From the IMG/VR virus record IMGVR_UViG_3300044645_000477, positions 1 through 24,197 of that record: a stretch of 24,197 nt of DNA, one strand, 5' to 3'. Both the position numbers and the translations under genes were made by a program. This document shows, piece by piece, positions 6,658 to 15,192 of this stretch (the stretch's first letter is position 1; each line of letters opens with the position of its first letter). Origin of the DNA: a virus. Lineage: Duplodnaviria; Caudoviricetes. The notes beneath the pieces were generated by a model, which did not search any database, was not told the DNA's origin, and saw nothing but the letters and a program-made list of their open reading frames with translations.

Positions 6658-7033
6658 GTTCCTAAAAGAACGATTCCTGCCTGACTTGGAAATGAGCGAG
6701 GAGCCAATGTCGCACTGGGATTGCTACTCTGCCCAATGGGCTTTTGACATTGAGTTAAAATGCAGGCGCAGTCATTACGACACCTTGCTTATTGAGAAAA
6801 TGAAGTACGACAACTTGCTTGCTCGTTCGGCAAAATTCGAGACCAACCCTATTTATATTAACTCTACCCCTGTTGGTATTTATGTTTTCCGATTGGCTGA
6901 CTTGCAAATAAACTGGGAGACAAAACGAATGCCAGCAACAACCGACTTCGCAAAAACGCACAAGGTTGACAAGGTGGTAGGATTCTTAAACGTAAACCAA
7001 GCAAAACAAATCTATGCCTTTACCAACCCCTAA
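6635..7033 (+). CDS. PD-(D/E)XK nuclease-like protein
   Basis: N-terminal E helix, WD..IELKCR motif. Confidence 0.65.
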   Translation: MTERQLFEFLKERFLPDLEMSEEPMSHWDCYSAQWAFDIELKCRRSHYDTLLIEKMKYDNLLARSAKFETNPIYINSTPVGIYVFRLADLQINWETKRMPATTDFAKTHKVDKVVGFLNVNQAKQIYAFTNP

Positions 7034-7154
7034 ATCAAAAGAAGACCAGAAGGAGTTTATCAATCGTTGCGTCACAGACGATACAATGATAAAAGAATAC
7101 CCACGGCAAGACCAGCGATTAGCGGTATGCTACACGCAATGGAAAAATAAATAG
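7014..7154 (+). CDS. small phage protein (46 aa, not in ORF track)
   Basis: Translated by hand: MPLPTPKSKEDQKEFINRCVTDDTMIKEYPRQDQRLAVCYTQWKNK; ends at the terminator. Confidence 0.8.
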   Translation: MPLPTPKSKEDQKEFINRCVTDDTMIKEYPRQDQRLAVCYTQWKNK

Positions 7155-7175
7155 TCCTTCGGGGCTATTTTTTTT
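7151..7175 (+). terminator. intrinsic terminator
   Basis: ATAGTCC-ttcg-GGGCTAT followed by a T run. Confidence 0.88.
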
Positions 7176-7184
7176 GTCTCAATG

Positions 7185-7213
7185 TTGTATGTATTAAAAA
7201 TTTTATATCTTTG
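7185..7213 (+). promoter_or_regulatory. Bacteroidota sigma-A type promoter
   Basis: TTG (7185-87), 18-nt spacer containing GTATTAA, then TATCTTTG (7206-13). Confidence 0.78.
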
Positions 7214-7236
7214 GTGAACAATTAAACACACACACA

Positions 7237-7365
7237 ATGAAAAACAAACTGATTGACCTATTCCAAGACGTGACCGTTTGGCTCGCTTGGTACCTGATTG
7301 TAAGCACTGCGTTGCTTGCTATTTTTATTGTTCCATCCTACATTGCACAGGTGCTATGCAAGTGA
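7237..7365 (+). CDS. small single-pass membrane protein (42 aa, not in ORF track)
   Basis: Translated by hand: MKNKLIDLFQDVTVWLAWYLIVSTALLAIFIVPSYIAQVLCK; first ATG after the promoter. Confidence 0.72.
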   Translation: MKNKLIDLFQDVTVWLAWYLIVSTALLAIFIVPSYIAQVLCK

Positions 7366-7628
7366 CCTATACCGACCTTATGTACGAGGCCGAGAACCAA
7401 GGTCTTGCACCCGAAGACATCGCAGGCGACTACTTCGAGGTATTTGCCGCTTGGGCGGGATTCAAAACCGTACAAGATATGTTTAGCTGGCGTTTAGATG
7501 TTGTCGATGCTTACGGCATTGGTGACGTTGACCAGCACCCATATCAACCAGCAATGGTAGAGGGCTTTAACTGGGAGCCGTTGTACGAGCGAGCAATGGA
7601 GCAGGACTTTAACTACTTACACTTTTAA
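7356..7628 (+). CDS. acidic hypothetical protein
   Basis: ATG 7356 (MQVTYTDLMYE..) overlaps the upstream stop. Confidence 0.72.
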   Translation: MQVTYTDLMYEAENQGLAPEDIAGDYFEVFAAWAGFKTVQDMFSWRLDVVDAYGIGDVDQHPYQPAMVEGFNWEPLYERAMEQDFNYLHF

Positions 7629-7630
7629 TT

Positions 7631-8056
7631 ATGACCGAGCTTGAAATGCGTTTATACGAGGAATGTATAAAGAAAATGCCAAGCATTCTTTCGGAACTTA
7701 AAAGCAAAAAATACAATGGACGTGTTGCGGTTCCTATTTATGTAGACGGCTGTATTGATACGCTTGTATTTGACGCAGACAAAATGGAGCCGCTTTACCT
7801 TGAATACCGTTACGGCCTTGGTGAGGCGGAAGATGGATTTGGCTCGTCCGCTTACTTCGATGATTTTGAACTTCGTAAAATTGAAATTAAAATGACACTG
7901 ACCGACCTATTTGTAAAGATTGCATCCGAACACGGAGCAAGAATCGACCAAAAAGATATTGACTTCTTAAAGCGACTTGAAGAATCCGACAAGGAAATAA
8001 ACTTCCAGCGTGGATTTAACGAGGCGTTGCAACTGGCATTAAACGCTAAACAATGA
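7631..8056 (+). CDS. hypothetical protein (possible internal start at 7892)
   Basis: 141-aa ORF; ATGA overlap with the exonuclease gene. Confidence 0.7.
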   Translation: MTELEMRLYEECIKKMPSILSELKSKKYNGRVAVPIYVDGCIDTLVFDADKMEPLYLEYRYGLGEAEDGFGSSAYFDDFELRKIEIKMTLTDLFVKIASEHGARIDQKDIDFLKRLEESDKEINFQRGFNEALQLALNAKQ

Positions 8057-8832
8057 AGATAATTGAACTATTAGACGGAAGCACTTGGGATAAGGCAACC
8101 GTCAAGGAGAAGATGATGGACGACTCCTTCTACTATGGATACCTTTCCAGGGCCGCTCTTTCGTCCTCGGCTTGTAAACTCTTGCTCCAATCGCCAAAGA
8201 CGTACCACTACGTTACCAAGTACGGCCAAGACGAATCGGATGCCTTCTCGGTGGGCCGATTGGTTCACTTGATGGCCTTGGAACCGCACCGAGTCGAGGA
8301 GTACGATATTATTGACGTACAGAGCAAGAATACGAATATATGGAAGGAGGCCAAAGCAAGAGGCGGCCAAATAATTACAAAGAAGGAATACAACGAAGCA
8401 AGACGCATCGCAGATGCCCTGCTACGCAACGAATCCGTCCTCGGCTATATTCAAGGTTGCCAATTTGAGGTTCCTGCTATTGGAACGATAGAGGGCGTAC
8501 CTTTTCGAGCAAAAGCCGACATATTAGGAGACAACTTTATTGCAGACCTAAAAACCACTACCGACTTACGTGCGTTTCCTTATTCAGCAAAGAAGTACGG
8601 TTACGACTTGCAGGCGTATATCTACACTCGGCTATTTGGAGTTCCGATTGACAAGTTTATATTTATTGCCATCGACAAGGCGAGTTTAGACGTGGGCATT
8701 TACACAGTTAGCCCTGCGTTTATTGAAGAAGGCGAGAAGAAGTTGCAAGAGGCGATTTCCATATACAAGGAGTTCTTTATGGGAGTGGACGAGCCAGAGT
8801 TAGACAACTACACAATCGTTGGGCAATTATGA
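8053..8832 (+). CDS. RecE/exonuclease VIII-like PD-(D/E)XK exonuclease (DUF3799-type)
   Basis: LSSS..K.LLQSP, GRLVH..ALEP, RAKAD, DLKTT, YGYDLQA.IY motifs. Confidence 0.88.
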   Translation: MKIIELLDGSTWDKATVKEKMMDDSFYYGYLSRAALSSSACKLLLQSPKTYHYVTKYGQDESDAFSVGRLVHLMALEPHRVEEYDIIDVQSKNTNIWKEAKARGGQIITKKEYNEARRIADALLRNESVLGYIQGCQFEVPAIGTIEGVPFRAKADILGDNFIADLKTTTDLRAFPYSAKKYGYDLQAYIYTRLFGVPIDKFIFIAIDKASLDVGIYTVSPAFIEEGEKKLQEAISIYKEFFMGVDEPELDNYTIVGQL

Positions 8833-8984
8833 CCGATATAACTAAATGCACAGGTAGGGGATGCGACCTTCGGGAGACCTGCTACCGCTTCACGGCTACC
8901 GCTGGTATGCTACAATCCTACTTTATGACCTCACCAATTAAAAAGGGTGAATGCGAAATGTATTGGGACACCAACGAGAAATGA
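8829..8984 (+). CDS. small 4-Cys protein (51 aa, not in ORF track)
   Basis: Translated by hand: MTDITKCTGRGCDLRETCYRFTATAGMLQSYFMTSPIKKGECEMYWDTNEK; ATGA overlaps at both ends. Confidence 0.82.
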   Translation: MTDITKCTGRGCDLRETCYRFTATAGMLQSYFMTSPIKKGECEMYWDTNEK

Positions 8985-9130
8985 AAACACCAATCCAAGA
9001 GCTAATCGCTTGCTACAAGACGTTAGACGAAATCACGGCTATAATTGAATCGGAGAATAGCGGGTTATCGCCAGAGCAGCGATTGAGCGAGATTGAAACC
9101 ACAATTAAAAACCTATTTCAAAACGTTTAA
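8981..9130 (+). CDS. hypothetical protein (49 aa, not in ORF track)
   Basis: Translated by hand: MKTPIQELIACYKTLDEITAIIESENSGLSPEQRLSEIETTIKNLFQNV. Confidence 0.7.
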   Translation: MKTPIQELIACYKTLDEITAIIESENSGLSPEQRLSEIETTIKNLFQNV

Positions 9131-9142
9131 CACTAACGAGAA

Positions 9143-9328
9143 ATGAGCGATAACAAAAGCAACGGGATAGGATTCGGAGGAGTTCTTACCGTATTATTTG
9201 TGGGATTGAAATTGACTGGGTACATTGATTGGTCTTGGTGGTGGGTGACTTCACCGATAACCATTCCTATTGCGCTTGGTCTTGCGATTGTTTTTATTGG
9301 GTTAATAATCAAAATGGTTCAAGAATGA
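9143..9328 (+). CDS. small two-TM membrane protein
   Basis: GIGFGGVLTVLFVGLKLTGYIDWSWWWV.SP motif with two hydrophobic helices. Confidence 0.82.
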   Translation: MSDNKSNGIGFGGVLTVLFVGLKLTGYIDWSWWWVTSPITIPIALGLAIVFIGLIIKMVQE

Positions 9329-9546
9329 AAGCAACAATCGAATATAACTTGCCAGAAGACCAGATAGAGTTCGACTTGGCAACATCCGCTTCTAAAATGC
9401 ACTCGGCACTTTGGGATTTAGACCAATGGCTGCGTAGTAAAACCAAGTATGCACCAGATGGAACCTCGGAAGGCGAATTGAAGGCATACTATGCCTGCCG
9501 TGATCAACTGCGGGAGTTAATGAATGACAACAATATAAACTTATGA
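9325..9546 (+). CDS. hypothetical phage protein
   Basis: MKATIEYNLPED.. with ATGA overlaps at both ends. Confidence 0.8.
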   Translation: MKATIEYNLPEDQIEFDLATSASKMHSALWDLDQWLRSKTKYAPDGTSEGELKAYYACRDQLRELMNDNNINL

Positions 9547-9683
9547 GCTGCGCTAATTACACTTATGTAGAAGACGAGGAGGAGAAACGCCTCCGCATTA
9601 TTATCAGAAACGGAAATTCAGGCGAACACTATGAAGAAGCACACGAAGATTTACTTCAAAGCAATGGGGATAAACCCAGTTGA
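9543..9683 (+). CDS. hypothetical protein (46 aa, not in ORF track)
   Basis: MSCANYTYVEDEEEKRLRIIIRNGNSGEHYEEAHEDLLQSNGDKPS; ATGA coupling upstream; overlaps the HNH start. Confidence 0.55.
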   Translation: MSCANYTYVEDEEEKRLRIIIRNGNSGEHYEEAHEDLLQSNGDKPS

Positions 9684-9885
9684 GTTCGTAAGCTGCGAAG
9701 TGTGCGGCCGAAGGGCCGTGGACATTCACCATATCGAGCCAAGGGGTATGGGTGGTAGCAAGACACGAGACGTAATCGAGAACCTAATGGCTCTATGCCG
9801 TGAATGCCACCACGAAGCCGACTTTGGTGTTGAGTTATCCAAGGACTTCTTGAAGGCCGTACATTTGAAAAAAATACCTCAATGA
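9631..9885 (+). CDS. HNH endonuclease
   Basis: CEVC..DIHHI..ENLMALCRECH. Confidence 0.92.
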   Translation: MKKHTKIYFKAMGINPVEFVSCEVCGRRAVDIHHIEPRGMGGSKTRDVIENLMALCRECHHEADFGVELSKDFLKAVHLKKIPQ

Positions 9886-10418
9886 TTCATATCGTTACCC
9901 CTTGCTCACGACCAGAGAACCTCGAACACTTGCGGGAGTCTATTCCTGCTGGTTGCACTTGGACGGTCTTTATGGACTACTCCACCAAAAAGAAAGAAGT
10001 ACCGAAAGGGGTTAAAGTGGTGCGGTCTAACCTCGGCGGGGCCTTTGGCAACCCGCTTCGCAATATGGCACTTGACTACCTGCAAGCGTCCGCAAGCGAT
10101 AACGACTACATTTACATATTGGACGACGATAACATAATTCACCCGAACTGGTTTGAGGCCGTCAAGGATAGCACCGAGGACTTTGTAAACTGGGCGCAAT
10201 GCTTCCGCAATGGAGACCCACGCCTTCACGCTACCGAATCGCCCAGAGTGGGAACAATCGACACCGCCTCCTATATGGCTCGCCTTGGGTTTATCGGCAA
10301 AGCAAGATTCGAGTACAGATACGAAGCCGATGGGTTGTTTGCCCAAGAGCTAATGACAAGAAACCCAAAGATTAAGACGCACCAAGAGTATCTTTGTTAC
10401 TACAACTATTTAAGATGA
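9882..10418 (+). CDS. glycosyltransferase, GT-A/GT2-like
   Basis: IHIVTPCSR N-terminus, RNMALD, YILDDDN (DxD), ADG motif. Confidence 0.82.
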   Translation: MIHIVTPCSRPENLEHLRESIPAGCTWTVFMDYSTKKKEVPKGVKVVRSNLGGAFGNPLRNMALDYLQASASDNDYIYILDDDNIIHPNWFEAVKDSTEDFVNWAQCFRNGDPRLHATESPRVGTIDTASYMARLGFIGKARFEYRYEADGLFAQELMTRNPKIKTHQEYLCYYNYLR

Positions 10419-11380
10419 GGCCAAGCGTACTTTGTATCGGTGACGAAAATTCTGGAGTGGTGTACCACCGCATATACAAGCCCCTAACTCTACTCAAAGA
10501 GAAGGGGCTTATTGATTTTCAAATAATCAATTACAAGCAGGAGGTACAGCCCGATAACTGGGAAGGAATTACTCACGTTATATTTTCCAGAGCCGTACCG
10601 TTTTCTGGCGAATCGTTCGCCAACTTCTTCGCTATTTGTAAGCAGTCAGGAAAGAAGGTAATTATTGATAACGACGACTGGTGGCACTTGGCGTTAGACC
10701 ACCCCTCCAAAGTTACCTACGACAAAGCAGGACTTGAACACCGAATACGCAACTCTATGTATTTTGCGGACGAGGTGTGGACAACGCAGAAGTATTTAGC
10801 CGATAAAATCAAGAAGCTCAATAAAAACGTAGTTATCATTCCCAACGGCCTAGACCCCGCCGACCCGCAATGGCAAATAACACGGGAGCCGTCCGACGAA
10901 ATGCGTTTTGGTTACGTTGCGGGCATAAGCCACCTGCCTGACCTTACGCAAAACAATATAGACCTCTCAACAGTTGAATCCTACGTTGCCGATATTGGTG
11001 GCTACGTTGAAGCCAGTCGAGCAAGATACAAGCTCCAAACAATGCCGCCGAATGAATACGGAGCAATGTACCAAGCGTTTGACGTTGCGCTGGCTCCACT
11101 TATCCCAAGTGAGTTTAATCGCTGCAAATCGAATCTAAAAATGGTTGAGGCTGGATTTGCTGGTTGTGCGTTAATTATTAGTGACGTAGCACCCTATGCC
11201 CAACACCTAACCGACAAGAATTGTATTAAGGTTGCCCATAAAGGCGACTGGAACAAAGCGATTAAAGAATTAACAATAGACAAAGCGTTTGATATTGCAA
11301 TGCAGCTGCACGAGGATATGACAACCAACTTCAATATACACGACTTTAACGACATTCGTTTAGAACGCCTGCTGAAATGA
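10415..11380 (+). CDS. glycosyltransferase, GT-B-like
   Basis: GVVYHRI..P, IIDNDD, VIIPNG, DVALAPL..FNRCKSNLKMVEAG..IISDV.PY. Confidence 0.85.
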   Translation: MRPSVLCIGDENSGVVYHRIYKPLTLLKEKGLIDFQIINYKQEVQPDNWEGITHVIFSRAVPFSGESFANFFAICKQSGKKVIIDNDDWWHLALDHPSKVTYDKAGLEHRIRNSMYFADEVWTTQKYLADKIKKLNKNVVIIPNGLDPADPQWQITREPSDEMRFGYVAGISHLPDLTQNNIDLSTVESYVADIGGYVEASRARYKLQTMPPNEYGAMYQAFDVALAPLIPSEFNRCKSNLKMVEAGFAGCALIISDVAPYAQHLTDKNCIKVAHKGDWNKAIKELTIDKAFDIAMQLHEDMTTNFNIHDFNDIRLERLLK

Positions 11381-11904
11381 AACACTACCAAGATATAGAC
11401 GGCTGGTTTAACCACGAGGCAGCATACGACTACCTAATATCCCAAATGCCAGAAGGGGGTACATTCGTAGAGCTTGGTGCTTGGCTCGGCAAGTCCTCGG
11501 CCTACCTATGCGACAAAGCAACAGACAAGCAAATAACAATCATTGACACTTGGAAGGGTTCACCAAACGAACTCACCACAACACATAAGCTGGCAACAGA
11601 GGTAGACATCTATCAAATGTTCAAGGCCAATATGGGAGAACGCAAATACAAATCCATTAAGGCCACTTCTAAAACTGCTTCCAAGAAGTTTGCAGACGAA
11701 TCTTTGGACGTTGTGTTTATCGACCTAACGCATACCTACGAAGCCGTAAAGGAGGATATTGCTCTATGGCTACCCAGGGTAAAAAAAGGCGGATATTTAG
11801 CAGGAGACGACTACCACCAAAACTGGCAGGGAGTAATTAAAGCAGTGGACGAGTTGCTACCAAGCCGTACCTTGATTGACGACTGCTGGTTGTATTGTAA
11901 ATAA
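11377..11904 (+). CDS. class I SAM-dependent methyltransferase (Methyltransf_24-like)
   Basis: VELGAWLGKS, IDTW, DVVFID..HTYE, KKGGYLAGDDY. Confidence 0.88.
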   Translation: MKHYQDIDGWFNHEAAYDYLISQMPEGGTFVELGAWLGKSSAYLCDKATDKQITIIDTWKGSPNELTTTHKLATEVDIYQMFKANMGERKYKSIKATSKTASKKFADESLDVVFIDLTHTYEAVKEDIALWLPRVKKGGYLAGDDYHQNWQGVIKAVDELLPSRTLIDDCWLYCK

Positions 11905-11915
11905 AATAAAAAGGA

Positions 11916-13043
11916 ATGCAAATAGTACCAATTACCCAAGTGGTTCCCAATACGAGCAACCCACGAATTATTAAAGACGATAAATTCAAAAAGCTCGTAA
12001 AGTCAATCAAGGAGTTCCCTGAGATGCTAAACCTGCGTCCTATTGTTGTGGATGCGGATATGGTGGTGCTGGGTGGGAATATGCGATTAAAGGCGTGCCA
12101 AGCCGCAGGGCTTACCGAGGTTCCGATTATTGTTGCCGACCAACTAACGCCAGAGCAACAGGCGGAGTTCATAATCAAGGACAACGTTGGCTTCGGTGAA
12201 TGGGACTGGGATATTCTGGCAAACGAATGGGATGCCGAGTTATTGCAGGACTGGGGTCTCGAATTGCCATTTGACAATACACCCGTACTCGAAGCAGAGG
12301 AAGATGATTACGAAGCACCATCCGAAATAAAAACAGACATCGTACTTGGTGACTTAATAGAGATAGGCCAACACCGACTGCTATGCGGGGATTCTACCGA
12401 TAGCGATGCAGTCGCAAGGCTTATGGACGGGGAGAGGGCGGATATGGTATTTACCGACCCGCCTTATGGGGTTGACGTTGTTGGCAGTGGTGGGACAATA
12501 GGCGGTAACACTAAAAATGCAAAAGCAGGAAACTACTCAAAAGTTATTGGTGACGATAAGCCTTATGACCCAAGTCATATATTTTTGTTTGACTGCTTTA
12601 TATTTATATGGGGAGCTAATTACTTTTTGGATAAACTTCCATCAAGAGGACAGTGGGTTGTTTGGGACAAGAACAGACCTGAAGGAACTACGTTTAGCGA
12701 TTGTGAGTTGGCTTGGACTAATGGAGATGGGATAGCGATTAAAAAATACAAATGCACTTGGGATGGCTTTCATCGAGAGGGAGAAAGTGAAAAGAGAGTT
12801 CACCCCACACAGAAGCCAATAAAATTATGCAGCGATATATTAAACAACTTATCTAAGTTGAATCAAATTATTGTTGACCTATTTCTCGGCAGCGGCTCTA
12901 CGATGGTAGCAGCACACCAACTGAACCGCAAGTGCTATGGTATGGAACTTGACCCGAAGTATTGCCAGGTTATTATTGACCGAATGCACAAGCTCGACCC
13001 CTCACTTGAAATTAAAATAAACGGAAAGCCTTATGACAAGTAG
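11916..13043 (+). CDS. ParB-like N-terminal domain fused to an amino (N6-A/N4-C) DNA methyltransferase
   Basis: NPR..RPIVVD..GGNMRLKA ParB-like domain; then LLCGDS, TDPPY, HPTQKP, DLFLGSGST, GMELDPKYC (catalytic motif before the SAM-binding motif, beta order). Confidence 0.92.
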   Translation: MQIVPITQVVPNTSNPRIIKDDKFKKLVKSIKEFPEMLNLRPIVVDADMVVLGGNMRLKACQAAGLTEVPIIVADQLTPEQQAEFIIKDNVGFGEWDWDILANEWDAELLQDWGLELPFDNTPVLEAEEDDYEAPSEIKTDIVLGDLIEIGQHRLLCGDSTDSDAVARLMDGERADMVFTDPPYGVDVVGSGGTIGGNTKNAKAGNYSKVIGDDKPYDPSHIFLFDCFIFIWGANYFLDKLPSRGQWVVWDKNRPEGTTFSDCELAWTNGDGIAIKKYKCTWDGFHREGESEKRVHPTQKPIKLCSDILNNLSKLNQIIVDLFLGSGSTMVAAHQLNRKCYGMELDPKYCQVIIDRMHKLDPSLEIKINGKPYDK

Positions 13044-13380
13044 TGACATCCATAAAAAGGCAATGCTCGATGCGTTGGAGAAATCTTTAGGGGTTGTGAC
13101 CTCCGCTTGCAAGAGCGTTGACATCGCAAGGGAAACCCACTACCGTTGGATGCGTGAAGACCCAGAATACAAAGCAGCAGTCGATTCAATCGCAGACGTG
13201 GCTATTGACTTTGCAGAAAGCCAGTTGCATAAACAAATCAAAGAGGGTAACTCCACCGCAACCATTTTCTTTCTTAAGACCAAGGGCAAGAAGCGTGGTT
13301 ACATTGAGCGTCAGGAAATTGATGCCGTAGGCGGTAAGTTATTCCAAATAGAGGTGCTTGGAGAAGATACGAACGAATAA
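13033..13380 (+). CDS. putative terminase small subunit
   Basis: HTH (ACKSVDIARETHYRW), ATIFFLKTKGKKRGYIER; immediately upstream of TerL. Confidence 0.8.
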   Translation: MTSSDIHKKAMLDALEKSLGVVTSACKSVDIARETHYRWMREDPEYKAAVDSIADVAIDFAESQLHKQIKEGNSTATIFFLKTKGKKRGYIERQEIDAVGGKLFQIEVLGEDTNE

Positions 13381-14515
13381 GGTATTTAACCACCTGCAAC
13401 GCAGCGACAAGAAGATTGTTGTTGAGCAAGGCGGTACACGGAGTGGGAAAACTTACAATATCCTACTCTGGATTATTTTTGAATATACCTATCGAAATAC
13501 AGGCAAGACCATCACCATTTGCCGTAAGTCGTTTCCTTCGCTTCGGGCTTCGGTTATGCGTGACTTTCTCGACATCCTACGTGCCTACGAATTGTACAAC
13601 GAGGAATACCATAACAAGTCCAGCAACGAATACCACCTAAACGGAAACCTTGTTGAGTTTATTTCACTTGACCAGCCCCAGAAGATACGTGGCCGCAAAC
13701 GGAACCTTCTTTACATCAATGAGGGTAACGAGTTGTTTTACGAGGACTGGCAGCAGTTGGTATTCCGTACCGATGGGCGTATTATTATTGACTACAACCC
13801 CTCCGACTCGTTTCACTGGATTTACGACCGAGTTATACCCCGTGAGGACTGCGACTTTTACCAAACAACGTACAGGGACAACCCGTTTCTCGACAAGTCG
13901 ATTGTTGACGAAATCGAACGCCTACGAGACACAGACGAGGACTACTGGCGCATCTATGGCTTGGGTGAGCGTGGAATGTCAAGAGCGACCATCTTTCAGT
14001 TCGGGCAGGCCGAAATACCAACAGAAGCAAAACTTATCAGTTATGGACTTGACTTCGGTTACACCAACGACCCAACCGCACTCGTGGCCGTTTACCAGTT
14101 GGAAAACAACTTATACCTTGACGAACTCATTTACCGAACTGGACTCACAAACCGAGACATTCACGCCCATTTTCAGTCATTCAGTTTAGACCGAAGGGAC
14201 GAGGTCTTTGCCGATAGCGCAGAGCCAAAGTCTATTGACGAGCTGCACCGCTTCGGGTGGAACGTAAAACCAACTGTAAAGGGAGCCGACTCGGTAAACG
14301 CAGGAATTGATATTCTAAAACGGCATAAGCTATTCGTAACGCCACGGAGCAGCAACCTAATCAAAGAACTCCAGAATTACAAGTGGGTTGAAGACAAGAA
14401 CGGAAACCTGCTTAATAAGCCGATAGACGCATTCAACCACGGAATCGACGCTGCACGTTATGCGGTAGCAAATAAGCTCTCTAAACCAAACTACGGTCGC
14501 TATAACGTCCGTTGA
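13358..14515 (+). CDS. terL: terminase large subunit (PBSX/XtmB-like)
   Basis: Walker A QGGTRSGKT, Walker B LYINE, DYNP coupling motif, nuclease GLDFG..NDP, NHGIDAARY. Confidence 0.95.
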   Translation: MEKIRTNKVFNHLQRSDKKIVVEQGGTRSGKTYNILLWIIFEYTYRNTGKTITICRKSFPSLRASVMRDFLDILRAYELYNEEYHNKSSNEYHLNGNLVEFISLDQPQKIRGRKRNLLYINEGNELFYEDWQQLVFRTDGRIIIDYNPSDSFHWIYDRVIPREDCDFYQTTYRDNPFLDKSIVDEIERLRDTDEDYWRIYGLGERGMSRATIFQFGQAEIPTEAKLISYGLDFGYTNDPTALVAVYQLENNLYLDELIYRTGLTNRDIHAHFQSFSLDRRDEVFADSAEPKSIDELHRFGWNVKPTVKGADSVNAGIDILKRHKLFVTPRSSNLIKELQNYKWVEDKNGNLLNKPIDAFNHGIDAARYAVANKLSKPNYGRYNVR

Positions 14516-14526
14516 GTTATTTACCT

Positions 14527-15192
14527 ATGGAACTGAAATTAGTAGTACCTACGTCACTTGACGAAATTACGTTGGAGCAATACCAACGCTTTGCCCGTAT
14601 TGAAGGGGACGAAGAGTTCCGCCAAAAGAAGATGCTTGAAATCTTTTGCCAAGTTCCTTTTTCCGACTTGCCAAAGGTTCGCCTTGTGGACGCTAACAAC
14701 GTCCTAACCGTATTGAGCAAGACCCTAAACCAAAAGCCAGACCTTACCAAGTTCTTCGAGTTGAAAGGAACGAAGTACGGATTCATTCCTGCCCTTAACG
14801 ATATTTCGCTTGGTGAGTTTGTTGACCTTGACAACTATATGAAGGACTGGGCTACGATGCACCGAGCTATGGCGGTATTGTACCGACCCGTCACCAAGGA
14901 GAAAGGCGAACGCTACGACATCGAGGACTACACGCCAGACGAAGGCAGGGAGGAACTGTTTAAGCAGATGCCCGTATCGGTTGCCTTGGGTGCGATGGTT
15001 TTTTTTTATCGTTTAGGGAACGTATTAGCGCAACATACACTAAACTCTTTGGCGAAGGAAGCGAAGACATCTACACAAGAGAAGCACAGTTTGGACAGCG
15101 ATGGGGATGGTATTCCAGCATCTATGCTTTGGCTAACGGAGACGTCACAAAGTTTGAAGCAGTCACTCGACTACCTATTCATCAATGCTTGA
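14527..15192 (+). CDS. putative tail assembly chaperone-like protein, 0-frame product
   Basis: 221-aa ORF heading the tail gene block; contains a T9 slippery run at 14999-15007. Confidence 0.65.
   Translation: MELKLVVPTSLDEITLEQYQRFARIEGDEEFRQKKMLEIFCQVPFSDLPKVRLVDANNVLTVLSKTLNQKPDLTKFFELKGTKYGFIPALNDISLGEFVDLDNYMKDWATMHRAMAVLYRPVTKEKGERYDIEDYTPDEGREELFKQMPVSVALGAMVFFYRLGNVLAQHTLNSLAKEAKTSTQEKHSLDSDGDGIPASMLWLTETSQSLKQSLDYLFINA

Noticed and set aside
10389-10396. TATCTTTG as an internal promoter for the GT-B gene
   Set aside because: Inside coding sequence with no -33 TTG, GTATT box or AC leader; could be chance.
13650-14189. 179-aa alternative + frame ORF inside terL
   Set aside because: Thr/Ser/Arg-rich composition typical of an off-frame reading of a real gene; no motif.
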